The notes beneath the pieces were generated by a model, which saw nothing but the letters and a program-made list of their open reading frames with translations, did not search any database and had not been told where the DNA came from. 64,000 nt of DNA from Sedimentisphaeraceae bacterium JB056 (lineage in GTDB: Bacteria > Planctomycetota > Phycisphaerae > Sedimentisphaerales > Sedimentisphaeraceae): assembly GCA_044440125.1 (NCBI GenBank), contig JBITAJ010000028.1, forward strand, positions 192,001 to 256,000. Direction: 5' to 3'. Numbering within the stretch: position 1 is the stretch's first letter; the number at the start of each line of letters is the position of its first letter. Below, piece by piece: positions 1 through 10,185 of the stretch. The position numbers and the translations under genes are program-made.

Positions 1-1649
1 GAATATTCACCATCTTCATCTTCCAATGTCAAAACCATATTCCAATTTGTACCATCACTTGTAACAGCTACATTAAGCGGTGTCCGAGGGCCGCCCCAGC
101 TCCCTTCCGACGCTGTGCTGTTGTTGTAAACAAGCAGGTGTCTTCCGTCACTGAGACTAACCGCGTCAATACCGGAATTATTATTTGGCAATGAACTGAG
201 AGAAAGATTAGACCAGCTCTGCCCATAATTAAATGAGTAAGCCTGAGCAATGCTGTTTTCCTGTGTCCTGAATAGTGCCTGAAGTTTACCGCCGGGATAA
301 ACAAGTATGGTAGGCTGAATCACACCAAGATAATCATTGGTATTAGATATACCAGCTCGATCCCAGCTCATAGCGTTATCGTTAGATATCTCAACATAAG
401 CTCCTGATGTTGGACTTACAATATCACCATTATCCAATTCGACAGGTTTATTCTTGCTCGGCCCTTTAGAATCAGAGGGTATTGCCATCTCATAGGACCA
501 GGTTAAACCGTTATCATCAGAATACCGTTGGTAACCGTTAAGGCCTGTGCCTCCCAATTCACCAATCTTATAATACAAAAATAATCTGCCATTCGAATGC
601 TTGTAGAGTACCGGATTAAAAACCGTATCTCTCTGTGGGAACAGCATAGGCCCTTCTCCCATAACTATCGGCTGAGACCATCTGATGCCATTATATCTTG
701 AGTACCATATTTTAGCGTCTGTATGCCCCTCGCATGTACCGCCAAACCATGAGGCAGCTAATTCTCCGTTACCCAGATCTTCTATTGTCGAAGCATGACA
801 TTCAGGTGTCTTTGGTGTTTCATAAATAAACTCACTGCTGACAAAACCACTTTGACTCTCCAGATGGCCACCGGTAGGGATTATATATTCCATCGGATCA
901 CATTTACCGTGAGCATCAAGAATACGAGGTCTGTCTGTAGAAATCCTTAAAGACCTTATCATGCCGCTGAAGAATTGTCCATAGTTTCCAGGGTCCCTGT
1001 AAAGACCGCCTATAGTAAGCGGGTATGTTGTATTGCTAAGAGCACCAATTGCAGTACTTGCACGTGAAACAACACCATCAAGCATAATCTGCGTATTATA
1101 ATTGACAAAACGATTTTCCCATGTAGCTTTAACCCTGTGCCACTGACCTAAAGTAACAGGATTCCTGCTAACCGCATTGCCGCTATTTACTCCATCACCT
1201 ATCTGAAAGCCGACTTTCCCTTCACTGGTCATATACACCTGATAACCTTCAGATGTGTTACTCTCAGTCTTTCTGACAAGAATAGACTGCTTTATAATAT
1301 CAACCTTGAATTCAATTTCTATCGTCAAAGAATTAAGTCCGTTGCCGCCATTTGCATGGCCGGTCAGAACATCAGTATCATTGACAGCAAGCATCAAGTT
1401 GTTCAGATCACTGTCAGATTCGGAGTTTGGAAAATAAACCGCACCGCAGCAAACTCCCTTATCAACATGTACACTTGTACTTTGTTTCGATAAAACATCT
1501 GCACTCAATCCGCTCACACTCTCATCAATAGATGATACGAATCCCGGGGTATCAGTTTCAAATTCCCATAGCGCAATGTCTGTAGAGTATACAAGACCAA
1601 CGCTCAGAAGAATACATGTCAAAATTATTCTTATCAAAGCAAACCTCAT
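1..1649 (-). CDS. Secreted LamG/concanavalin-like + BNR-repeat (sialidase-like) protein, 3' end runs off window
   Basis: Not in the ORF track (no stop inside the window). Hand translation from ATG at 1649 gives signal-like MRFALIRIILTCILLSVGLVYS; the distal end reads LLVYNNS..GPRTPLNVAVTSDG..W..LEDEDGEYS, typical of BNR_2 sialidase-like propellers. Confidence 0.75.
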   Translation of the reverse strand, partial: MRFALIRIILTCILLSVGLVYSTDIALWEFETDTPGFVSSIDESVSGLSADVLSKQSTSVHVDKGVCCGAVYFPNSESDSDLNNLMLAVNDTDVLTGHANGGNGLNSLTIEIEFKVDIIKQSILVRKTESNTSEGYQVYMTSEGKVGFQIGDGVNSGNAVSRNPVTLGQWHRVKATWENRFVNYNTQIMLDGVVSRASTAIGALSNTTYPLTIGGLYRDPGNYGQFFSGMIRSLRISTDRPRILDAHGKCDPMEYIIPTGGHLESQSGFVSSEFIYETPKTPECHASTIEDLGNGELAASWFGGTCEGHTDAKIWYSRYNGIRWSQPIVMGEGPMLFPQRDTVFNPVLYKHSNGRLFLYYKIGELGGTGLNGYQRYSDDNGLTWSYEMAIPSDSKGPSKNKPVELDNGDIVSPTSGAYVEISNDNAMSWDRAGISNTNDYLGVIQPTILVYPGGKLQALFRTQENSIAQAYSFNYGQSWSNLSLSSLPNNNSGIDAVSLSDGRHLLVYNNSTASEGSWGGPRTPLNVAVTSDGTNWNMVLTLEDEDGEY

Positions 1650-1661
1650 TTAATTAATCTA

Positions 1662-1740
1662 ATCAGTTATTAGCAATTAGCTGTTAGCTATCGGTTGGCT
1701 TTGCAGCATTTGGCTAATTGCTTGTCGCTTATCGCTAAAC
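1662..1740. repeat. Inverted tandem heptamer tracts (TTAGCnn / GCTnnTy)
   Basis: tcagtta-ttagcaa-ttagctg-ttagcta followed by gctaatt-gcttgtc-gcttatc-gctaaac. Confidence 0.6.
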
Positions 1741-2588
1741 TATTTATGCGGAATGTAGAATGAATAATCATTATCACGCCTGTGATACATCTCCACCATT
1801 TTATCATCATCACCATCAAGCAGCTCTGCACTGCCGTCTGTATATACATAGCCATTCTTTACAGAACTCAGATGTTTTTCTACTATGTCATCAGTAACAC
1901 CATCCTGCCTGTAAAAAGTCTCTACCCAACCCTGCCTGTCAGAAGGCTCAAGCTTAAATATCGACAAATTCCCCTCACCTGTAGGGTGATTAGTTCTGAA
2001 TTGTGAGTATCTGTAAGCACGCCACAAAGCATCACCAAAAAGAACGTTAAACTGGTGACCTTCATAACTCCAAGTCTGTGAAGTCTTGGTAAATGCGTTT
2101 GATTTATTAAAATTAGGCCCGGTAAGGCTTTTCCAGCTTTTTCCTTTTTCCAGATTTGCCCAGTAACCGCCGCATATTATATAGTCGGTATAAAGGTACA
2201 TATCCGTGCCAATCTCTATATCATCAATATCTCTCTCCCACTTAGGTAAAAGCGGACATTTGAAATAATTCATGCTCACATAAGTAGAGTACAATTCCCT
2301 TATATCATAATTTCCGGCAGTCGTAGGTACTGTGACCTGCTTAGGCAAAGCGGTACTCAGTCCCATAGCATTCCTGCTTACTTCCCAGGCATGCGTTGGG
2401 AGTCTTCCGTAATCTACTTCATACGCCATCGCACCAACAGCACATTGCTTAAGTCCAGTAAGACAGATTGTCTGTTTGGCCTGCATTCTGACCTTTGCCA
2501 ATGAAGGCATCAAAATTGACATCAATATTGCGATTATTGAAATAACAACCAAAAGTTCAATCAATGTAAAAGCACTTCTTTTTTTCAT
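1740..2588 (-). CDS. Prepilin-type N-terminal cleavage/methylation domain protein (planctomycete DUF1559-like)
   Basis: AFTLIELLVVISIIAILMSILMPSL N-terminus; C-terminal YVYTDGS resembling the H-X9-DG-type motif. Confidence 0.85.
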   Translation of the reverse strand: MKKRSAFTLIELLVVISIIAILMSILMPSLAKVRMQAKQTICLTGLKQCAVGAMAYEVDYGRLPTHAWEVSRNAMGLSTALPKQVTVPTTAGNYDIRELYSTYVSMNYFKCPLLPKWERDIDDIEIGTDMYLYTDYIICGGYWANLEKGKSWKSLTGPNFNKSNAFTKTSQTWSYEGHQFNVLFGDALWRAYRYSQFRTNHPTGEGNLSIFKLEPSDRQGWVETFYRQDGVTDDIVEKHLSSVKNGYVYTDGSAELLDGDDDKMVEMYHRRDNDYSFYIPHK

Positions 2589-2618
2589 AATATAAGCTCC
2601 TTATATAGATATATTCGT

Positions 2619-3605
2619 TTAGTTAGTCACTACGGCTGCACTTAGGGCTTTGGGCTCATAAGCACACATCTGACGCATTATCTGTTGAATATGCCCAACT
2701 CTTTCAGGGCGAACTATGAGATAACGATCCCTGCCGTCTTTCTGTGGAGTAAAGCTTGTAACACCGCGATTATCAACTGTTACCTTGCCTCTCTCCGACA
2801 AATCAAAATATTCCAGCGGATCTCTTACCGCACACAAAACGGATGTCAGATCCCATGTCTGTCTGTCGTATGGCATCTCAAGATACATCTTATACGCCTC
2901 TACCACCGGATGATCAACAGCCCAGCCATAATCATTATATATGGCCTCGGCAGTATACATTATAGCAGAACCTACCTCCAAACCGCTGAACAGAATATCG
3001 CCCGGCCAATTCTCACAAACAAAAATAGAGGATTCGATATCATGTTTAACATTGAACTCCGCAAATTTGATGTCTTTGCTCTCTAATGCCTCCTTTGTGA
3101 AATTACCGGCCATAATAGACAACAAATTCACCTTCTCAGCGACCAGTTCAACACCGGTAAGCGGTGAATAGCTATCCGGCTTTGAAGCAAGAAGCCGTGC
3201 AAGATTCGTCATAAACCCTATGCTCACTATATTAACAGAGGCATTATCGGATTCTGAGAGCAATTTCCTGTACATATCAACCGAATCAAGATTATAATCC
3301 GAACAGCTCCTGCCATACTTATATCCTGATTCATTAGTTGATTCTACAATATTCTTTAGAAATGGGCCGTCTTCAGGCGTTTTACCTTTTGATACACTAC
3401 CTATAGGGATATTCCCTTTACCGTAAAAGGTATTGAGAACATCAACCATTGCAGGTGAATACTTGTTATCTTTATTAACCGCAACACCAATAAGCTCACA
3501 TTCACCGGCATTGTCAAGATAATGGGCTATTGCTATAGCAAGTGCATCATCAATATCGTTGCCTAAGTCAGTATCAATGATAATAGGCGTCGGATAATAT
3601 GTCAT
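2619..3605 (-). CDS. Inosine/uridine-preferring nucleoside hydrolase family protein
   Basis: IIIDTDLGNDIDDALA motif, EFN, WDLT; start moved to ATG 3605 behind an AAGGGA RBS. Confidence 0.85.
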   Translation of the reverse strand: MTYYPTPIIIDTDLGNDIDDALAIAIAHYLDNAGECELIGVAVNKDNKYSPAMVDVLNTFYGKGNIPIGSVSKGKTPEDGPFLKNIVESTNESGYKYGRSCSDYNLDSVDMYRKLLSESDNASVNIVSIGFMTNLARLLASKPDSYSPLTGVELVAEKVNLLSIMAGNFTKEALESKDIKFAEFNVKHDIESSIFVCENWPGDILFSGLEVGSAIMYTAEAIYNDYGWAVDHPVVEAYKMYLEMPYDRQTWDLTSVLCAVRDPLEYFDLSERGKVTVDNRGVTSFTPQKDGRDRYLIVRPERVGHIQQIMRQMCAYEPKALSAAVVTN

Positions 3606-3829
3606 TTTGTCCCTTAATTCCTTGTTCATCGCAAAACTTTCTATAACCAAAGTCTTTTCTATCAGTTTTAAGGATACCACACATAACTCGCGAATTCAAT
3701 GCAATTAATGCACTTTTTAATAGCACAAAACGCTCATTAGTCTTGCTTTCGAGTTGCTTTTAGTATACAATAATGCTACTATAAGAGTCGAAAGGCATAA
3801 AAGGCCACAATAAAAAGGGAAGCTTAAAA

Positions 3830-4660
3830 ATGAGTAAGACTAATGAAAACATAAACTTAACTTCAAATTTCAGCATACCTACAATTTATCCGGCAGGCAG
3901 GCGATTAGAAAACACGAGTGTACGCGACCATGCACATGATTTTACTGAGATAATACTGGTAACGCAGGGAGAATGCCTTCTAAAGATTGATAACAGAAAT
4001 GAGGTTTATAAGGCAGAAAAGAATATATTGGTCACAGTCGGAGACCTGATAGTCATTCCGCCCCACCTTTCTCATACACAAATAGAAAAAGGATACGTAG
4101 GAACTTCCTACATTGGTTTCAGGCACAAACCAGAAGTGTTTGACTCTTCATTCAGAGTAATATCATTGAAAAATGAAATATACATAACCAGATGGATAGA
4201 CGACATAATCGACCTTCATACGATTGTACAGGACAGCTTAAAATATTCTGAGGTAGCCGCCGGCCTGCTTCAGGCCATCACTACAAGGCTTAAACAGATA
4301 GAATATGAACAAAAAGTAGCTGTAATGATTCACCCGCTCGTACAAAAATCTATAGAATTGATACATTCAAATCTTACAGACGTGGTAAGCGTCGATCAAA
4401 TAGCGGAACAAGTTGACCTAAGCACGAGCTACCTGACCAAACTTTTCAAAAAATCAGTTGGCCTTGGACCAATTCAATATCAACAACAACAAAGGATGCA
4501 GCTTGCGTGCCGTTATTTACGAAATCCATACATTACAGTCAAGGAAGTAGCACAAAAATGTGGTTATGAAAACGTCAATTTCTTCATAAGGCTATTCAAG
4601 AAGAATTATAAGAAATCTCCTGGCAAGTGGCGAGAAAAGTTCTTTGACAAGACAATATGA
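3830..4660 (+). CDS. AraC family transcriptional regulator (cupin + HTH)
   Basis: HAHDFTEI cupin motif; C-terminal AQKCGYENVNFFIRLFKK..GKSP..WR-type AraC signature. Confidence 0.92.
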   Translation: MSKTNENINLTSNFSIPTIYPAGRRLENTSVRDHAHDFTEIILVTQGECLLKIDNRNEVYKAEKNILVTVGDLIVIPPHLSHTQIEKGYVGTSYIGFRHKPEVFDSSFRVISLKNEIYITRWIDDIIDLHTIVQDSLKYSEVAAGLLQAITTRLKQIEYEQKVAVMIHPLVQKSIELIHSNLTDVVSVDQIAEQVDLSTSYLTKLFKKSVGLGPIQYQQQQRMQLACRYLRNPYITVKEVAQKCGYENVNFFIRLFKKNYKKSPGKWREKFFDKTI

Positions 4661-4914
4661 CAATATTAATCATACTTGCCCCGCATTTATTACTTTTTTT
4701 ACAACGCCACACCACCTTGGAGCATAAAACACTTCTAAACAAGAGCTTACAAAAACAAGCAAGTCCCAAACAATGCTAAAAACCTCAAAAATAGGCAAAA
4801 AATGAGCATATAAAACTTACGCTCCTTGAATAGTTTTAAAAATCAGTTAAAATACACCGCTTGTATTATATCAGAAAAGCTGATACTTATGACAAAACTT
4901 ATTATTAATGGAAG

Positions 4915-5295
4915 ATGAATTTGAGCTTAAAAAAGAATAAAGAAGAAGCTAAAGATTTCGTAATGAAAGCCGCAAAACTTGCCTCTGAAAGACATTGCAC
5001 AGATATCGTTGCGATGGATCTCAAGGGCATGAGCCCAGCGACAGATTACTTTCTCATAGCAACCGGTACAAGTAACCGTCAAACGAGAACTGTTGCAGAG
5101 GAAATAATCGCTGAGGGAAAAAAAGACGGGTTTATTCCATTTGGCCGTGCAGGATTTGAAACAGGCAACTGGATACTGATTGATTTTGTAGATGTAGTCG
5201 TGCATCTCTTTGATCAGGACGCAAGGGAATATTATGACCTTGAACTGCTATGGGGTGATGCGGAAAAAATCGAACTCGCCGAAATACAAAACTGA
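4915..5295 (+). CDS. rsfS: Ribosome silencing factor
   Basis: DYFLIATGTSNRQ, WILIDFVDVVVHLF..AREYYDLELLWGDA. Confidence 0.95.
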   Translation: MNLSLKKNKEEAKDFVMKAAKLASERHCTDIVAMDLKGMSPATDYFLIATGTSNRQTRTVAEEIIAEGKKDGFIPFGRAGFETGNWILIDFVDVVVHLFDQDAREYYDLELLWGDAEKIELAEIQN

Positions 5296-5355
5296 CAAAT
5301 CCAATAATCTCTCATTATTGCCAAGTTTTTAAGAGAGTTGAAAGCCTTATAAAAG

Positions 5356-7119
5356 ATGAAACCAGTAAATGTAATACTCGAAGAAAGAATATCAGAGATC
5401 TTAACATCCATCATCAATGATGGAAGTACCTATCCGGGTATCGTAAGAGCATCGGCAAACCCTAAGTTTGGTGATTATCAAGCCAACGGTATAATGGGTG
5501 CGGCAAAGAAAAACAAGCTCAATCCAAGAGAGCTTGCAGCCAAGGTTGTTGAAATGATAAACCTTGATGATATATGTGAGGAGCCCGAAATAGCCGGCCC
5601 AGGTTTCATCAATCTCAGAATAAAGACTGATTTCATCTCTAATGCATTGCTTGAAATCTCAAAGGACACAAATAATCTGGCAATAGAAGCAACAGAAAAC
5701 CCTCAGACAGTAGTGGTAGATTATTCCGGTCCCAACATAGCGAAGGAAATGCACGTAGGACACCTTCGCAGCACAATCATTGGCGACTGTATATGTCAGA
5801 TGTTGGAAGCGTTGGGACACAATGTCATCAGGCAGAATCATATCGGTGACTGGGGAACTCAATTCGGCATGTTATGTGCACTTCTCGCCCAAAAGCAGAA
5901 GGCAAGCGAAAATGTATCCATGGCACTCTCAGATCTCGAAGCTTTCTACAAAGAGGCGAAAGCTCTCTATGACAGCAACCCTGAATTCGCAAAAACAGCA
6001 CGTGGAGCAATCGCCGGTCTGCACAATGGCGATGACACATGGAAAAGCTATTGGCAGCAAATTGTAGCAGAATCAAGAAAGCATTACACCCAGATTTACA
6101 ATGCCCTTTCTGTTACTTTAAGCGAAAAAGATGAATATGGAGAGAGTGCTTATAAGGATGAGCTTAAAGGTGTTGTTGATGATCTTAAGGATAAACAGCT
6201 TGCGGTAGAATCTGATGGTGCTTACTGCGTATTCCCTGATGGCTTCAAGACAAAAGACGACACACCAATGCCGTTTATTGTACAAAAAAGCGATGGAGCT
6301 TTTCTTTACGCAACAACTGACCTTGCCGCAATGAAATACAGAACAGGCAAGCTTGATGCTCAGAGAATCGTTTACGTAACAGACGCAAGACAAATGCTCC
6401 ACTTCCAGATGCTATTCGCGGTGTCTAAAATGGCAGGATTTGCAAAAGCCGAAACTCAACTTGATCACGTTACATTCGGCACAATGCTCGGCGATGACGG
6501 CAAACCGTTCAAGACTCGCTCCGGTGAAAACGTAAAGCTCAAAGACCTGCTTGCTGAAGCAGTTGAACGCGCATATGCGGTAGTGAACGAAAAGAATCCT
6601 CAGCTTGATGAACAAACAAAGCAGGATATAGCCCAATCGGTTGGAATTGGAGCCGTCAAATACTCCGACTACTCAAATAACAGAACCACAGACTACGTAT
6701 TCAGCTTTGAAAAAATGCTCGCAATGGAAGGTAACACCGCTCCATATATGCAATATGCCTGTGCGAGAGTTAAGTCGATTGAACGCAAGGCCAAAGAAAA
6801 AGGCATCAATATCGAATCAGAATTGGCAGGCATTGACAAGCTGGACTTGACAGAAACTCAGGAACTCGATCTTGCAATGCATATTACTAAATATTCGCAG
6901 GTTCTTGAATCTGCCTGCAGTGATTACAAGCCAAACTTCGTAACGACATATCTTTACGAGCTGGCTCAGAAGTTCAGTGCTTTCTACACAAACTGCCCGG
7001 TTCTTTCTGCCGGTGACGAAAAACGCCCGACAAGACTTATGCTCTGCAGACTGACAGAAATGACACTAAGCCACGGACTTGAAAAAATACTGAGAATAAG
7101 TGTCCCTCAGCAGATGTAA
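5356..7119 (+). CDS. argS: Arginine--tRNA ligase
   Basis: FGDYQAN, DYSGPNIAKEMHVGHLRSTIIGD (HIGH), FKTRSG, GNTAPYMQYA. Confidence 0.98.
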   Translation: MKPVNVILEERISEILTSIINDGSTYPGIVRASANPKFGDYQANGIMGAAKKNKLNPRELAAKVVEMINLDDICEEPEIAGPGFINLRIKTDFISNALLEISKDTNNLAIEATENPQTVVVDYSGPNIAKEMHVGHLRSTIIGDCICQMLEALGHNVIRQNHIGDWGTQFGMLCALLAQKQKASENVSMALSDLEAFYKEAKALYDSNPEFAKTARGAIAGLHNGDDTWKSYWQQIVAESRKHYTQIYNALSVTLSEKDEYGESAYKDELKGVVDDLKDKQLAVESDGAYCVFPDGFKTKDDTPMPFIVQKSDGAFLYATTDLAAMKYRTGKLDAQRIVYVTDARQMLHFQMLFAVSKMAGFAKAETQLDHVTFGTMLGDDGKPFKTRSGENVKLKDLLAEAVERAYAVVNEKNPQLDEQTKQDIAQSVGIGAVKYSDYSNNRTTDYVFSFEKMLAMEGNTAPYMQYACARVKSIERKAKEKGINIESELAGIDKLDLTETQELDLAMHITKYSQVLESACSDYKPNFVTTYLYELAQKFSAFYTNCPVLSAGDEKRPTRLMLCRLTEMTLSHGLEKILRISVPQQM

Positions 7120-7143
7120 GCTTTTCCCAAAATATAGACAAAT

Positions 7144-7180
7144 AAAAGGTGTTGAATGATAGCTTATTCAACACCTTTTT
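7144..7180. terminator. Bidirectional intrinsic terminator between argS and rubrerythrin
   Basis: AAAAGGTGTTGAAT-loop-ATTCAACACCTTTTT. Confidence 0.85.
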
Positions 7181-7192
7181 CGTTATAAGAAA

Positions 7193-7693
7193 TCAGTCAA
7201 TCTCTTCAAACTTAGCACCAGAAACGCCGCATATCGGGCACTTCTCTGGAGCTTCACCATAAACCGTATTGCCGCAAACAGGACAAACAGTTATTTTTGT
7301 AGCAGGCAGGTCTTTACCGGACTTAACTGAGTCCAATGCCTCTGTATAAAGTCCGTGATGAATCTCTTCAACAGCCATCGCATTTTTGATGGTTGTAACT
7401 GCCGGCTTATTGCCTTCCGCTTCTGCTTCTTTCAGGAAGCCCGGATACATCTCCTTGAACTCATGGCCTTCGCCTTCTATCGCTTCAACAAGATTATCCT
7501 CTGTACCCTTAATACCGCCCAAAACTCTCAAATGAGCATGAGCATGAATAGTCTCTGCGTGAGCTGCAGCTCTAAACAGTTTTGCAACCTGACCATAACC
7601 GTCCTGCTCTGCTTTCTTCGCAAACGCAAGATATTTACGATTCGCCTGACTCTCACCGGCAAAAGCTTCCTTCAAATTATCAACTGTAGCCAT
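7193..7693 (-). CDS. rbr: Rubrerythrin
   Basis: NLKEAFAGESQANRKY, ExxH motifs, C-terminal CPVCG..CPICG rubredoxin domain; start MATVDN. Confidence 0.92.
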   Translation of the reverse strand: MATVDNLKEAFAGESQANRKYLAFAKKAEQDGYGQVAKLFRAAAHAETIHAHAHLRVLGGIKGTEDNLVEAIEGEGHEFKEMYPGFLKEAEAEGNKPAVTTIKNAMAVEEIHHGLYTEALDSVKSGKDLPATKITVCPVCGNTVYGEAPEKCPICGVSGAKFEEID

Positions 7694-8133
7694 TTCCAAA
7701 TTCCTTTCATTAAACAAAAACTAACCGTAGTTATACCTATTAATCTTTATAACAAGCAACTTAATTGCGAATATGTACCTAAATATGATGCGTCCGACAA
7801 AAGTTGATAAACATCCAATTAACCCTTGATATCTGATTAAAATCGCAGATTTAATCAGCAACGATTGACTTTTGTCAGTTTCGCCAAATATTAATCTTAT
7901 CGCTGCCAACTTCTCAGACTGATAATATAAATAAATACAGGCTAAAAAGCAAGTTTTTGCCGGTATTTTCCATAACAACAAACATAAAACCGAATTAACT
8001 GCCAATTATTATCAAATTTATTGTAACATCCAGCTCATATTTTGTGTATAACAGGGTATAACAGCTTTGCTTGCAAGCATAAGAACTGCTTAACAAAACA
8101 ATAAATGCGATTATATATAGAAAGGTGATAAAT

Positions 8134-9072
8134 ATGAACTTTTTATCAAAATCAGTAGCGTGCTTGATTTTAGGTCTTTCGGCTATCCTGACAGCCGGAA
8201 ATATTAATCTTGCCGACATAAACAGTCAGGCATTATGGTTTGCTCATTTTGACATAGAAAAATTCAACGACTCTTATCTCCGCAAACTTGCGGATGAAAA
8301 CGGATTGGCCGACAAATGCGAGAAGGTCAACAAGTTTCTTGATATAGATCCGACAGAATCGATCAATAGCGTAACACTCTACTGCGTCTCAGGAAATCCT
8401 GAGCAGGCCGCAGTCATAATGAAGGGCAGCTTTGATGTAGACAAATTAAGCAAGATAGCAAGTAAGCAGCCCGAATACACAGAAACCATCTATAATAAAA
8501 TTACGATTGCAAGCTGGAAAAGTTTTAGAAACACAACGAAATCAGGCTGTTTCTATGATGCCAACACTCTTATTATGTCTAAAAGTAAAGACTCTATAAA
8601 AAATGCTATCGACACCATCAGCGGCACTTCGCCAAGCCTATCCGGCAGCAACTGCATTACCTCTGACAATTCTATATTTCAATTATTCCTTACCGACGCT
8701 TCAACACTTTCAAAGCAAGACCCTCATCTTGTAGTTTTGAACAACGTAGGCAAGTCATTATTCTCTGTTGGACAAAAAGATGATGACATGTTCTGTGAAC
8801 TGATTGTACAGGCCGACACTGATGAAAACACGAAGCTGCTTAACCAGATGATTCAAGGCATGATAGCAATGGGCAAAATGAATGCCAAAGACAAAAACAG
8901 CCAACTGATGCTGAACGCACTTGATAAAATGTCCGTAAGCACGCTGGATAAAAACGTAATAACAACAGCCGTTCTTTCAACTGGAGAATTTGACAGTCTG
9001 ATCAAGAAGATCATAAGCGATAGAATGTTGTCGAAAATATATGAACAGATACCTGAAAAGGGCCATATATAA
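8134..9072 (+). CDS. Exported hypothetical protein, first gene of ECF sigma operon
   Basis: Long ORF with signal-peptide-like N-terminus and AAAGGTGA RBS. Confidence 0.7.
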   Translation: MNFLSKSVACLILGLSAILTAGNINLADINSQALWFAHFDIEKFNDSYLRKLADENGLADKCEKVNKFLDIDPTESINSVTLYCVSGNPEQAAVIMKGSFDVDKLSKIASKQPEYTETIYNKITIASWKSFRNTTKSGCFYDANTLIMSKSKDSIKNAIDTISGTSPSLSGSNCITSDNSIFQLFLTDASTLSKQDPHLVVLNNVGKSLFSVGQKDDDMFCELIVQADTDENTKLLNQMIQGMIAMGKMNAKDKNSQLMLNALDKMSVSTLDKNVITTAVLSTGEFDSLIKKIISDRMLSKIYEQIPEKGHI

Positions 9073-9103
9073 CAACTTTAATCACTATGACGTTTAATTA
9101 AGT

Positions 9104-9658
9104 ATGACAGTGATAAAGGAAGAACAAAATATCAGCGACAATCAAATGGCTCTTGATTTTGCAAACGGTAATAAAGAGGCATTTGATCTACTGCTCAAAA
9201 GATTTTCTCCTCGTCTGCGTTCATTCCTTTCCAGACGAGTGCCAAATCCAAGCGATGTTGAGGATATCCTTCAGGATACTTTCCTGAAGGTATACCTCAA
9301 CATTGAGTCGTTCGACCCTAAGTATAAATTCTCATGCTGGATTTTCACGATTGCATCACGCAATGCAATTAACCACTCAAGAACCAAAACTCCCAAACCT
9401 CTTGATATAAAATTCGAAATAGTATCACAGATAAACGAACCCTTCGAGGAAATGATTGATCAGGAACAGAAACTCAATCTCTGGACAGAGGCGAGAAAGC
9501 TTGAAACAAAACAGTACTCAGCACTATACCTGAAATACAGCGAGGATTTCACTACCGAAGAAATTGCAAAAACGCTGAACACAACAAAACTGAATGTAAG
9601 AGTATTACTGCACAGAGCAAGAAACAACCTGATGAAAATAACTCAAAAAGAGGATTGA
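9104..9658 (+). CDS. ECF sigma-70 factor
   Basis: DVEDILQDTFLKVY, FSCWIFTIASRNAINH, EIAKTL...VRVLLHRARNNL. Confidence 0.92.
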   Translation: MTVIKEEQNISDNQMALDFANGNKEAFDLLLKRFSPRLRSFLSRRVPNPSDVEDILQDTFLKVYLNIESFDPKYKFSCWIFTIASRNAINHSRTKTPKPLDIKFEIVSQINEPFEEMIDQEQKLNLWTEARKLETKQYSALYLKYSEDFTTEEIAKTLNTTKLNVRVLLHRARNNLMKITQKED

Positions 9659-10179
9659 CAAATATGATATGCACAATATACAAATGGATGATATCTGCGA
9701 GTTTAACAGAGGGCAAGCAGCCTTCAAAACACCTTAAAAGGCACATGGCAAAATGCACCGCATGCCAAAGATATTACGACTCTCAGGTAAGTTTAATCAA
9801 GACTCTTAAATCTCAGGCAAAAGACAACCTGAACATATCTTTTGCCCAGTCTGAAAGAAATGCATCACACGCCCCTGCTGCATTTAAGCACTTGCGCGTA
9901 GCGGCAATGATTGCAATCGCTTCATTGATAGCAGTTGTCGCATTAATACAGCTCGACAAACATTCAAAAAACCAAATCAATTGCCTCGACCATAACGCGG
10001 CTGTTGTAATTGACACACCTGTAATACAATGCGCAACAATAGCAGGAACAACAGGAACAGAAATACTTAATAATCAGTATTCAGGGCTTAAAGACATTGC
10101 CAAGGAAACATTTCAGCTTGTCTATGAAAGCTTCAAGACAGCAACCGATGCGCCAGGAGTCACACCTGAGGAAAATTAA
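9655..10179 (+). CDS. Putative zinc-binding anti-sigma factor (ZAS) with one TM helix
   Basis: Overlaps the sigma stop codon; HMAKCTAC (HxxxCxxC) followed by a hydrophobic segment. Confidence 0.7.
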   Translation: MTNMICTIYKWMISASLTEGKQPSKHLKRHMAKCTACQRYYDSQVSLIKTLKSQAKDNLNISFAQSERNASHAPAAFKHLRVAAMIAIASLIAVVALIQLDKHSKNQINCLDHNAAVVIDTPVIQCATIAGTTGTEILNNQYSGLKDIAKETFQLVYESFKTATDAPGVTPEEN

Positions 10180-10185
10180 AATTAA

